Origin: Acidobacteriota bacterium | GTDB taxonomy: Bacteria > Acidobacteriota > Vicinamibacteria > Vicinamibacterales > UBA2999 | Assembly: GCA_016192845.1 (NCBI GenBank) | Contig: JACPTI010000030.1 | Span: forward strand, 1,281-65,280 | DNA: 64,000 nt | Reading direction: 5' to 3' | Translations under genes and position numbers: made by a program | The notes under the pieces: model-generated | Seen by the model: the letters and a program-made list of their open reading frames with translations, nothing else | Told to the model about the DNA's origin: nothing | The model's database searches: none | Shown: one piece after another, positions 25,956 to 34,756 of the stretch | Numbering within the stretch: the stretch's first letter is position 1 | Layout: each line of letters opens with the position of its first letter

Positions 25956-28330
25956 CGCTCGCCAGGCTGCGGCTCCTCGATCGGAAGCTCCTGCGCGACC
26001 TGTGGGCGATGAAGGGGCAGGCGCTCGCCATCGCCGCCGTGATTGCCGCCGGCGTCACGATGTACGTGACGTATCTGTCGAACTTCGACTCGCTCCAGCG
26101 CACGCGCGCCGCCTACTACGCGGAGGCGCGCTTTGCCGACGTGTTCGCGTCGCTGACGCGCGCGCCGGCCTGGCTCGCGGGCCGCATCGCCGCCATCCCC
26201 GGCGTCGCGGCCGTCGACACGCGCGTCGTCGCCGACGTGACGCTCACGGTGGCCGGGATGACCGAGCCGGCCGTCGGGCGCTTGATTTCGATCCCCGATC
26301 GTGGCGCGCCGGGGCTGAACAGCGTGCACCTGCGGCGCGGGCGGTGGATCGATCCGGCGCGGCCCGATGAGGTGCTCGCCAGCGAGCGCTTCTGCGAGGC
26401 GCACGGCCTCGCGCCCGGTGATGCCGTGTCGGCGGTGATCAACGGCCGCTACCGGCGGCTCACCATCGTCGGCGTCGCGCTCTCGCCCGAGTACGTCTAC
26501 GCGATCCGCCCGGGCGAGATCTTTCCCGACGCGCGGCGGTTCGGCGTGTTCTGGATGAACCGCGCCGCGCTGGGCGCCGCCTTCAACATGGAAGGCGCGT
26601 TCAACGACGTGGCGGCGGCGCTCGGGCCCGGCGCGTCCGAGCCGGCCGTTGTCGCCGAGCTCGACCGGCTGCTCGCGCCGTACGGCGGCCGCGGCGCGAT
26701 CCCGCGGTCGCTGCAGCCGTCGGCGTGGACGCTGGAGAACGAGCTGGCGCAGCTCCAGCTCTTCGGGTTTCTCGTGCCGGCCATCTTTTTCGGCGTGGCC
26801 GCGTTCGTGCTGCACGTGGCGCTCACGCGCGCGCTGGCGCTGCAGCGCGCGCAGATTGCGGCGATGAAGGCGCTCGGCTACGCCACTCGTACGCTGGCGT
26901 GGCACTACATCAAGTGGGCGCTCGTCATCGCCGCGGCGGGCGCGGTGGCGGGCGTTGCCGCCGGCGCGTGGCTCGGCGCGTGGTTCATCACCATCTACAA
27001 CGAGTTCTTCCGGTTCCCGGTGCTGAGCTATCGGCTCTCGGGCGGCGTGGCCGCGCAGGCGGTGGCGGGGAGCCTGACCGTGGCGGCGCTCGGAGCGGTC
27101 GCGGCGGTCCGCCGCGCCGTGCGGGTGCCGCCCGCCGAGGCGATGCGGCCGGAGGCGCCGGCGCGCTACCGCCGCAGCCTCCTCGAGCGGCTGTCGGCGC
27201 GGCTGCGGCCGTCGCTCGCCACCCGCATGGTGCTGCGTAACCTCGAGCGGCAGCCGGGGCGCGCGCTGATCTCGACGGTCGGCATCGCGTTTGCCGTCGC
27301 CGTGCTGTTCGTGGGCCTCGCGTTCATCGACGTGATGGACGCGCTCATCAACGAGCAGTTCACGCGCGTCATGCGGCAGGATGCCACGGTCGCCTTCGTC
27401 GAGCCCCGCGCCGCGAGGGCGATCTACGACGTGCGCCACCTGCCGGGGGTCCTGGATGCCGAGCCGCTGCGCACGGTGCCGGTGCGGCTGCGGGCCGGCG
27501 CGCGGGCGCGCACGCTGGCGCTCACGGGTCTCCCGGACGGGGCGCATCTGAACCGGGTGGTGGACCGCCGCGGACGAGCGGTCCCGCTGCCGCCGCAGGG
27601 GCTCGTCCTGTCCGAGATGCTCGGGGTACGGCTCGGCGTCGCGCCGGGCGACGAGCTGCAGGTCGAGATCCTCGAAGGGAGGCGGCCGACGAGACGCGTG
27701 CCCGTGGCGATGCTCGTCGACGACACGCTCGGGCTCCAGGCCCACATGCGGCTCGACGAGCTCGGCCGCCTGCTCGGCGAAGGCGACGCCATCTCGGCCG
27801 TCGCGCTCACGCTGGATCCGGCGAGGCGCGATCGCTTCTACGACGAGGTGAAGGTGATGCCGGTGGTGGCGGGCGTGGAGCTCCGTGAGGCGACGCTCCA
27901 GAACTTCCGCGAGACGCTCGCCGAGCACATGAACCTGTCGATCTTCATCAACGTGATTTTCGCGGCGATCATCGCCTTCGGCGTCGTCTACAACTCGGCG
28001 CGCGTGTCGCTGTCGGAGCGGAGCCGCGAGCTGGCGAGCCTGCGCGTGCTCGGCTTCACGCGCGCGGAAATCTCGCTCATCCTGCTCGGCGAGCTCGCCG
28101 TCCTGACGCTCGCCGCGCTGCCGCTCGGCGCGCTCATCGGCGAGCTGTTCGGCGAGCTGATCATCGCGGCGTTCAGCAACGAGATCTACCGGCTGTCGTT
28201 CGTCGCCGAGCCGGCGACGATCGCCTGGTCGTGGCTCATCGTCTCGGCGGCGGCCGCGGTGTCGGGCCTGCTTGTCCGGCGGCGTCTGGACCATCTGGAT
28301 CTCGTGGCGGTGCTGAAGACACAGGAGTGA
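25952..28330 (+). CDS. ABC transporter permease, FtsX family (duplicated FtsX domains)
   Basis: The GTG start overlaps the ATPase stop. About 790 aa with two MacB-like periplasmic regions and two FtsX TM bundles. Confidence 0.85.
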   Translation: MTLARLRLLDRKLLRDLWAMKGQALAIAAVIAAGVTMYVTYLSNFDSLQRTRAAYYAEARFADVFASLTRAPAWLAGRIAAIPGVAAVDTRVVADVTLTVAGMTEPAVGRLISIPDRGAPGLNSVHLRRGRWIDPARPDEVLASERFCEAHGLAPGDAVSAVINGRYRRLTIVGVALSPEYVYAIRPGEIFPDARRFGVFWMNRAALGAAFNMEGAFNDVAAALGPGASEPAVVAELDRLLAPYGGRGAIPRSLQPSAWTLENELAQLQLFGFLVPAIFFGVAAFVLHVALTRALALQRAQIAAMKALGYATRTLAWHYIKWALVIAAAGAVAGVAAGAWLGAWFITIYNEFFRFPVLSYRLSGGVAAQAVAGSLTVAALGAVAAVRRAVRVPPAEAMRPEAPARYRRSLLERLSARLRPSLATRMVLRNLERQPGRALISTVGIAFAVAVLFVGLAFIDVMDALINEQFTRVMRQDATVAFVEPRAARAIYDVRHLPGVLDAEPLRTVPVRLRAGARARTLALTGLPDGAHLNRVVDRRGRAVPLPPQGLVLSEMLGVRLGVAPGDELQVEILEGRRPTRRVPVAMLVDDTLGLQAHMRLDELGRLLGEGDAISAVALTLDPARRDRFYDEVKVMPVVAGVELREATLQNFRETLAEHMNLSIFINVIFAAIIAFGVVYNSARVSLSERSRELASLRVLGFTRAEISLILLGELAVLTLAALPLGALIGELFGELIIAAFSNEIYRLSFVAEPATIAWSWLIVSAAAAVSGLLVRRRLDHLDLVAVLKTQE

Positions 28331-28335
28331 GGCAG

Positions 28336-29523
28336 ATGCGGCACATGTTGATGCATCGGCGCACGTGGCTCGGGGCGGCGGCGGCCGGCGCCATGCTGGC
28401 GGTCGCGCTCTGGCCGGAGACCCTCGAGGTCGATGTGGCGCCGGTCGTCCGCGGGCCGCTCGTCGTCACCGTGGAGGAAGAGGGGCGTACCCGCGTGCGC
28501 GACCGCTTCGTGGTGTCGGCGCCCGTGACCGGACGCGTGCGTCGCATCGAGCTCGAGCCGGGCGATCGCGTCCGGCGCGGGGCCGTTGTCGCGCGCCTGC
28601 AGCCCGAGCCGCCGCCGCTGCTCGACGCGCGCACGCGCGCCGAGGCGCAGGCGGCCGTCGAGAGCGCGCGGGCGGCGCTTGGCCGCGCGCGCGCCGAGGA
28701 GCAGCGCGCCGCCGCGGCGCTGGCGCAGGCCGACCGGGAGCTGGCGCGCAGCCGCCGGCTCGTGGATGCCGGCGTCCTGCCGGCGCAGGAGGCCGACCTG
28801 CGCGAGACCGACGCGCGCCTGGCTCGAGAGGCGAACGAGGCCGCGGCGTTTGCCGTCCGTGCCGCCGCTGCCGAGCTGGCGCGCGCCGAGGCGCGGCTCG
28901 CGCCCTCGTCGCCGCGCCAGGCGGGCGCCGCCGTGGCCGTGACCGCGCCGGCCGACGGCGTCATCCTGCGGCGCCTGCGCGAAAGCGAGAGCCTCGTGCC
29001 GGCAGGCGAGCCGCTCGTCGAGATCGGGGATCCGGCCGACCTGGAAATCGTCGTGGACCTGCTTTCGACCGACGCCGTGCGGATCCGGGAGGGATCGCGC
29101 GCGCTCGTCGAGCAGAGCGGCCAGGCGCCGGCGCTCGAGGCGATCGTCCGCCGGATCGAGCCGTCTGGTTTCACGAAGGTCTCGGCGCTCGGCGTCGAGG
29201 AGCAGCGCGTGAACGTCATCCTCGAGCTGCCGGGACCGGCGGGCGGCGAGGACCTCGTGCTCGGCGACGCGTACCGCGTCGACGTGCGGATCGTCGTGTG
29301 GGAGGCGGCCGACGTGCTCAAGCTGCCGACGAGCGCGCTCGTCCGCGACGGTGAGCAGTGGGCCGTCTTCCTCGTCGAGGCGGGACGGGCGCGCCGGACA
29401 CTCGTGGAACTCGGGCAACAGAACGGACGCGAGGCCGAAGTGCTGGCGGGCCTCGCCGAGGGCGCGCGCGTCGTCATTCATCCAAGCGACGCGCTGACGG
29501 ACGGGTCGCGCGTCCGCGAGTGA
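28336..29523 (+). CDS. HlyD-family efflux periplasmic adaptor
   Basis: AGGAG upstream of ATG 28336. TM anchor, Ala/Arg-rich coiled coil, lipoyl and beta-barrel segments (VTAPADGVIL, GEPLVEIGD). Confidence 0.85.
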   Translation: MRHMLMHRRTWLGAAAAGAMLAVALWPETLEVDVAPVVRGPLVVTVEEEGRTRVRDRFVVSAPVTGRVRRIELEPGDRVRRGAVVARLQPEPPPLLDARTRAEAQAAVESARAALGRARAEEQRAAAALAQADRELARSRRLVDAGVLPAQEADLRETDARLAREANEAAAFAVRAAAAELARAEARLAPSSPRQAGAAVAVTAPADGVILRRLRESESLVPAGEPLVEIGDPADLEIVVDLLSTDAVRIREGSRALVEQSGQAPALEAIVRRIEPSGFTKVSALGVEEQRVNVILELPGPAGGEDLVLGDAYRVDVRIVVWEAADVLKLPTSALVRDGEQWAVFLVEAGRARRTLVELGQQNGREAEVLAGLAEGARVVIHPSDALTDGSRVRE

Positions 29524-29530
29524 GACGGCC

Positions 29531-29809
29531 TCAGGCCGCCAGCCGCTCGTACTCGTCGCGGTTCTGGCGCGGGCCCGCGCGACGCGAGAGGCCGCGCAGC
29601 TCGCGTGGCCCTGCCACGGCGAGCGCGACGAGCGCCAGCATCATCACGCCCGTGGTCATCACCGCCGCAATGAGACCGGCGGCCGCCTCCGAGGCGACCA
29701 GCACGTTGAACAGCCCGTGCCAGAGGACAATGGCCAGGGCGACGCCGGCGCCGCTGGCGCCGGGAGTATTCGGCCCGAATGGGAACTTTTCCCCGGCTCT
29801 GCGCCGCAC
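29531..29809 (-). pseudogene. possible C-terminal fragment of a CPBP-type intramembrane protease
   Basis: LAIVLWHGLFNVLV resembles the last conserved H...N helix of CPBP proteins. The upstream motifs are absent. Confidence 0.3.
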
Positions 29810-29897
29810 GCGGCGGCGACGCCTCGTTCTTCACGCCGGCATGGCGCGCATTCGAAGGCACTGCGCTTGCTTCGTCCGGGGTAGTAAGGAGCGTGTC

Positions 29898-30620
29898 ATG
29901 TTCAGAACGACAATGGCCACCATAGCGGTCGCGGCGTTGCTGCTGGCGACTCCCGCGGTGGCGCAGACGCCGGAGACCGCTGGCCCTGGAAGAACAATCG
30001 CGTTCCTCGGCGGCGGTGCGGCGACGACATCCACGGCCGGCCCGCTCGCGGGCGCGACGGTCGTTTACGATCTCAACGAGCGTCTCTCGCTCGAAGGGCA
30101 GGGCGCGTGGCTGGGGCGCGGCTCCGGCGCCGACGCCTTCACGCTTACCGGCAGCGTGCTGGTCAACCTGCTGCCGCTCGGACGGCGAGTCGTCCCGTAC
30201 GCCGCGGCCGGCGGCGGCATGTACCGCGCCTCGTTCGACCTCGGGCACACGCACCTGCTGGGCGCCATTGCGGCGCCGTTCGGGCCGGGCAGCGAGTTCT
30301 GTCCGTCGCCCGGCACCGGCTACATGCGCGGGCCCGGCTACGGCTACGGCGACTGCACGGCGCCGGGCGCCGGGTTCTGGGGTGTCGGTGAGATGCCTGC
30401 CTTTTACGGACGGCGTCTCGGGATGATGATGGTCCCGTCCGGCGGCGCCTGGGACACGCGGAGCTTCACCGATCCCGCGATGAGCTTCGGCGGCGGCGTG
30501 CGCCTCAACCTGGCGTCGCATCTCGAGGTGCGGCCCGACGCGCGCGCGATCGTCGTGATCGACGGCTCCGACAACCATACGGTCGGCGTGTTCGGCGTGA
30601 ATCTCGGCTACCGGTTCTGA
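29898..30620 (+). CDS. small outer-membrane beta-barrel protein
   Basis: AAGGAG upstream of ATG 29898. Signal peptide ...ATPAVAQ, alternating beta-strand pattern, C-terminal ...VNLGYRF. Confidence 0.75.
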   Translation: MFRTTMATIAVAALLLATPAVAQTPETAGPGRTIAFLGGGAATTSTAGPLAGATVVYDLNERLSLEGQGAWLGRGSGADAFTLTGSVLVNLLPLGRRVVPYAAAGGGMYRASFDLGHTHLLGAIAAPFGPGSEFCPSPGTGYMRGPGYGYGDCTAPGAGFWGVGEMPAFYGRRLGMMMVPSGGAWDTRSFTDPAMSFGGGVRLNLASHLEVRPDARAIVVIDGSDNHTVGVFGVNLGYRF

Positions 30621-30631
30621 GAGGCGCGGCG

Positions 30632-31189
30632 ATGAAGGATCAACTGGTGCTGTCGGTGGTGTTTGCGTTCGGTGTGATTGTGTGCATCGGCGTCGTGATT
30701 GCGGCGCCGAAGTACCGCGGGGCGGGTGCGACGCCCGCGCCGCTCTTCGACACGCCCGGCTCGATCACGATCGAACACGCGGAGCTGCACCGCGAGCTGG
30801 CGGCGGCCACGCGGATCCCCGGCCGGACCGGTCAGGCCGCTCAGCGCGTGGCCGCGCTGCTGCACGGACATTTCTACCGCGAGGAGGAGTTCGCGCTGCC
30901 GCCGCTCGCGCTGCTGCGTCCGCTGGCACAAGGGCGCGTGTCGCCCGAGATGCGCGACGTGCTGGCGATGAGCGATCGGCTGGAGGTGGAGCTGCCCCGC
31001 ATGCTCGACGAGCACAAGGCGATCGTCGCCGCGCTCGACGAGCTGGAGCGCGCGGCACAGGCCAACGGGCACCCGGAGGTCGTCCGCTTCGTTGAGAAGC
31101 TCAAGCTCCACGCGCAGATGGAAGAGGAGATCTTCTATCCGGCGGCGATCCTCGCGGGGAAGTTCCTGAAGCTGCAGCGCGCACCATGA
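30632..31189 (+). CDS. membrane-anchored hemerythrin-like domain protein
   Basis: N-terminal TM segment. H..LH.....H..EEE..LPP and ...H...EEEIFYP are HHE cation-binding motifs. Confidence 0.65.
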   Translation: MKDQLVLSVVFAFGVIVCIGVVIAAPKYRGAGATPAPLFDTPGSITIEHAELHRELAAATRIPGRTGQAAQRVAALLHGHFYREEEFALPPLALLRPLAQGRVSPEMRDVLAMSDRLEVELPRMLDEHKAIVAALDELERAAQANGHPEVVRFVEKLKLHAQMEEEIFYPAAILAGKFLKLQRAP

Positions 31190-31202
31190 CGCGCCGGCCG
31201 GG

Positions 31203-31346
31203 TCAGGGCTGCAGCGCGTCCGGTGCCGCCGGGATGCTGAAGGAGAAGGTGCTCCCGGCGCCCGGCGGGCTTTCCGCCCAGATGCGTCCGCCGTGCGCTT
31301 CAACGACCTCCCTGGCGATGGCGAGGCCAAGGCCTACGGCTCTCTC
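31203..31346 (-). pseudogene. histidine kinase C-terminal (HATPase_c G2 box) fragment
   Basis: ...[36 protein letters not shown]-stop. Nothing kinase-like lies upstream in this frame. Confidence 0.6.
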
Positions 31347-31380
31347 CGAGGCGTTCCACTTCGTCGGCGGTCCTGGCGCG

Positions 31381-31629
31381 CCGCTGCTCGACGCCCTTCT
31401 GCGCCGGCAGGCGGTAGGCGTCGCCTTCGACCTCGGCGACAACCTCGAGGCCGTGCTCAGATTGATGAGGAAGTACGCGGACGTGCCCGCAAGCCTGGCC
31501 GACGCGTGTCTCGTGCGCATGACGGAAACGCTCGACGACCCGCTCCTGCTGACGACCGACGCCGACTTCCGCCGGTATCGCCGCCACGGCCGCCAGGTCG
31601 TGCCGGCGGTGATGCCGTCCATCCGCTGA
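31381..31629 (+). pseudogene. PIN-domain (VapC-like) toxin, C-terminal fragment
   Basis: ...[24 protein letters not shown]...[21 protein letters not shown] matches the C-terminal half of PIN toxins. The N-terminal acidic motif is missing. Confidence 0.5.
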
Positions 31630-31632
31630 GGC

Positions 31633-32178
31633 TCAGACGAGCCGCTGCCGGATGTCCTCCGGGACGAGCGGCCGCAGGTGCGGATAGGCTTCGAGCAGGC
31701 GGGCGATGTCGGCGAGATCCTTCTGGCGCTTGCTGGCGCGACGTTCCGGATCGGAGGCGGCCCAGATTTTCCCGCGCAGGACGTCTTCAACGCGAGCGAC
31801 TGGAAGCCGGATGCCGAGGATCTCCCGCGGTTCCGCGTGCACGAGGAACTCGCCGTAGCGCGGGTCGGTCTGGATCTGAACGCGAAGATCGCTGCCGGCG
31901 AGCGACACGGTCATGCTGTGAGGGAAGTGTTCCACGCTGAAGCGCTCGGCGAGCACTGGTTCGAGCCGCTCCAGATCCGAGAGCGCAATTACCAGATCCA
32001 CATCCAGACTCACAACGGGATCGACGTAGGCGTTGACAGCCTGTCCACCGACGACGCAGAAGTGGGTGCCCTGCTCGCCGAGGAGCGCCAGGAACCGGTC
32101 GAGGAAGTCGGCGCGATCGAGAGTCACGGCTTTCCAGAAGGCGCGGCGCTGCATGGACGAGCGACTCCATTGAAACAC
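31633..32178 (-). CDS. nucleotidyltransferase-fold protein
   Basis: [13 protein letters not shown]...SLDVDLVI fits the minimal NTase GG...DxD pattern. 181 aa (the start may be an internal Met). Confidence 0.5.
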   Translation of the reverse strand: MFQWSRSSMQRRAFWKAVTLDRADFLDRFLALLGEQGTHFCVVGGQAVNAYVDPVVSLDVDLVIALSDLERLEPVLAERFSVEHFPHSMTVSLAGSDLRVQIQTDPRYGEFLVHAEPREILGIRLPVARVEDVLRGKIWAASDPERRASKRQKDLADIARLLEAYPHLRPLVPEDIRQRLV

Positions 32179-32205
32179 AAACGGAGCACCCGCGTCTGGA
32201 GACGC

Positions 32206-32712
32206 TTATGCGGCGGGCTGAATGACGGCCCGCCCCTGAATCTCGCCGCGCTTCAGCCGGGCGTACACCTCGTTGATGCGGTGGAGCGGCGCCACCTCGA
32301 TCGGGATCGACGTGAGCTGTCCCGATTCGGCCAGCGCGATCACCTCGCGCAATTCCTTGATCGTGCCCCAGAGCGTCGCCTCGAACTGCACCTCGAAGCG
32401 CGTGTTCTCCGGCACCTTCAGGCGCGCGGCGCCGCCGGCCAGCCCGATCTGGCTCACCTTGCCGAGCGCGCGCGTCGCGCCGACCGCGAGCGCAAGCGTC
32501 GCGTCGCTGCCGACGAAGTCGAACGCGGCGCTGACGCCGCGGCCGCCCGTCAGCTCGCGCAGCTGGTCGGCGAGCCGCGGATCCTTCCCGTCGAGCGCGT
32601 GCGCGGCGCCGAGCTCGCGCGCCAGGCGGAGCTTGTCCGTCGACACGTCGACGACGATGACCGGGCACCCGGCGAGGAGCCGTAGCAGCTTCAGGCCGTA
32701 CTGGCCCAGGCC
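32206..32712 (-). pseudogene. zinc-type alcohol dehydrogenase, C-terminal (Rossmann) fragment
   Basis: Reads GLGQYGLKLLRLLAGCPVIVVDVSTDKLRLARELGA...RGAVIQPAA. The catalytic N-terminal domain is absent. It is joined directly to the DsrE fragment in a different frame. Confidence 0.7.
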
Positions 32713-32912
32713 GCGTGGAGCATCACCTCGATGTTGTAGTAGCCCTCCGGAACCTTCTGGTTCCGTTTGGCGCAGGCGGCGGCGTCGCCGAGGAGGAACC
32801 CCGCAACCTCCTGGCCCTCCCGTCTCGCGAGCGATCCCGCGAGCCGCAGCGCGTTGTAGCTGCGCTCGGTCCCGTACGGCGGGTCGTTGAGGATGAAGAG
32901 CGTCCTGGCCAT
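32691..32912 (-). pseudogene. DsrE/DsrF-like protein, N-terminal fragment
   Basis: MARTLFILNDPPYGTERSYNALRLAG...GDAAACAK..QKVPEGYYNIEVML is family-typical up to about nt 32715, then runs into ADH-derived sequence and stops. Confidence 0.65.
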
Positions 32913-32916
32913 GGTG

Positions 32917-34539
32917 TCAGTACGGCTCAGGCACCGAGGCCACGGGTTCCGGCTTCGGCTCGCGTATCTCGGTCATGGTCGCCTCGGTCAGCAGCAGGAC
33001 GCCCGCGACCGACACGGCATTCTCGAGCGCCAGCCGGACCACCTTGGTCGGATCGATGATGCCGGCCTCGATGAGGTCGACGTACCGGCCGGCGGCCGCG
33101 TCGAAACCGAAGTTGGCGGTGCCCGCGCGCATCTTCTCGACGACGACGCCGCCGTCGGCGCCCGAGTTCTCGGCGATCTGACGGGTGGGCGCCTCGAGTG
33201 CCCGCCGCAGGATCAGCACGCCCGCACGCTCGTCGCCGTCGGTGCGCGCGGCCTCGGCTTCGACGGCCGGGATCGCGCGCAGCAGGGCCAGCCCGGCCCC
33301 GGGCACGATCCCCTCGGCGATGGCCGCCCGCGTCGCGGAGATCGCATCGTCGAACGCCTCGCGCCGGCTCTTCATCTCGGCTTCCGAGGGCGCGCCGACG
33401 CGGATCACCGCCACGCCGCCGGTAAGCTTCGCCAGGCGCTCCTCGAGCTTTTCGCGGTCGTAGTCCGACGTGGTGTCGGCGATCTGCTTCCGCAGCTCCT
33501 GGCAGCGCGCCTCGATCCGGCGCGTATCGCCCTTGCCGCCGACGATGGTCGTGTGTTCCCGATCGACCACGACGCGCGCGGCGCGCCCGAGCTGGTCGGG
33601 CGCCACGTTCTCGAGCCGGATCCCGAGCTCCGGAGCGACCAGCTGTCCCCCCGTCACGATGGCAATGTCCTCGAGCATCGCCTTGCGGCGATCGCCGAAG
33701 CCGGGTGCCTTGACCGCCACGGTGGCCAGCGCACCCCGGAGCCGGTTGACCACGAGCGTGGCGAGCGCTTCGCCGTCGACGTCCTCGGCAATGACCAGCA
33801 GCGGCGCGCCGCGCTTGGCGATCTGCTCGAGGAGCGGCAGGAGGTCCTTGACCGTGCTGATTTTCCCCTCGTAGAGGAGAATCAGCGGATCGTCGAGGAT
33901 CGCCTCCATCTTCTCGGGATCGGTGACGAAGTACGCCGAGAGGTATCCGTGATCGAACTGGAGCCCTTCGACCACCTCCAGCGCGGTCTCCGTGCCCTTG
34001 GTCTCCTCGACGGTGACCGCGCCCTCGGCGCCTACCTTTTCGATCGCGCGCGCGACGAGATCGCCGATCGCCGGGTCGTTGTGCGCCGACACGGTGGCGA
34101 CCTGCTCCTTCTCGCGCGCGCTCTGCACCGGCCGCGATTGGGCGCGCAGCGCGTCGATGGCGGCGCGGGCCGCCCGGTCGAGCCCGCGCTTCAGATCGAT
34201 CGCGCTCGCCCCCGCCGCGATATTGCGCATTCCTTCGGCGACGCTCGCGTGCGCCAGCAGCATGGACGTGGTGGTGCCGTCGCCCACCGCGTCGCCGGTG
34301 CGTTCGGCCGCGCCCCGGAGCATCTGGGCCCCGAGGTCCTCTTCGGGATCCTTCAGGGCGAATTCCTTTGCGATCGTGACGCCGTCGTTGCAGACGATCG
34401 GCTTTCCCCATTTCCGCTCGATCAGCACCGACCGCGATCGCGGTCCGAGCGTCGAGCGCACCGCATCGGCAATCGCCGTGGCGCCGTGCAGCACTTTTTC
34501 GCGCGCTTCTGACCGGAACAGCAGATGTTTGGCAGGCAT
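32917..34539 (-). CDS. groEL: chaperonin GroEL (divergent, orphan copy)
   Basis: [37 protein letters not shown] and IIDPTKV motifs. Start is ATG 34539 (GAGGA upstream) or 34545. The C-terminus ...[15 protein letters not shown] lacks a GGM tail. No groES lies adjacent. Confidence 0.9.
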   Translation of the reverse strand: MPAKHLLFRSEAREKVLHGATAIADAVRSTLGPRSRSVLIERKWGKPIVCNDGVTIAKEFALKDPEEDLGAQMLRGAAERTGDAVGDGTTTSMLLAHASVAEGMRNIAAGASAIDLKRGLDRAARAAIDALRAQSRPVQSAREKEQVATVSAHNDPAIGDLVARAIEKVGAEGAVTVEETKGTETALEVVEGLQFDHGYLSAYFVTDPEKMEAILDDPLILLYEGKISTVKDLLPLLEQIAKRGAPLLVIAEDVDGEALATLVVNRLRGALATVAVKAPGFGDRRKAMLEDIAIVTGGQLVAPELGIRLENVAPDQLGRAARVVVDREHTTIVGGKGDTRRIEARCQELRKQIADTTSDYDREKLEERLAKLTGGVAVIRVGAPSEAEMKSRREAFDDAISATRAAIAEGIVPGAGLALLRAIPAVEAEAARTDGDERAGVLILRRALEAPTRQIAENSGADGGVVVEKMRAGTANFGFDAAAGRYVDLIEAGIIDPTKVVRLALENAVSVAGVLLLTEATMTEIREPKPEPVASVPEPY

Positions 34540-34563
34540 CGTCATCCTCTACTGAGAGCTGCC

Positions 34564-34746
34564 GTTCACGCTTCTGGCTCCTTGCTTCTTCGTTCGTGTT
34601 CACGTTCGGTTCGGTGTTCCAGGTTCTTCATGCCGTGTTCGCTCCGATCGAGTGGGGTCGACAAACTTCGAACCCCGAACTCCGAACCGCGAACCGCGAA
34701 CCGAACCAGAACACGAACCGAGAACGGAGAAGTCAGAAGTGTGAAC
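34564..34746. repeat. 183-nt imperfect palindrome built from inverted GTTCG/CGAAC short-repeat arrays
   Basis: The outer arms GTTCACGCTTCTGG.../...CAGAAGTGTGAAC pair. There is a 10-bp perfect core (34592-34601 with 34709-34718) and five tandem CGAACYN heptamers at 34669-34703. It fills the groEL upstream intergenic region. Confidence 0.75.
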
Positions 34747-34756
34747 GACATGTTCT

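Noticed and set aside
34589-34626. GTTC-N7-GTTC (alphaproteobacterial/Acidobacterium-type LexA box) matches in the groEL leader. I also checked upstream of uvrC.
   Set aside because: The matches arise automatically from the dense GTTC short-repeat array. No such box is seen in the uvrC spacer 7557-7691, so an SOS operator is not supported.
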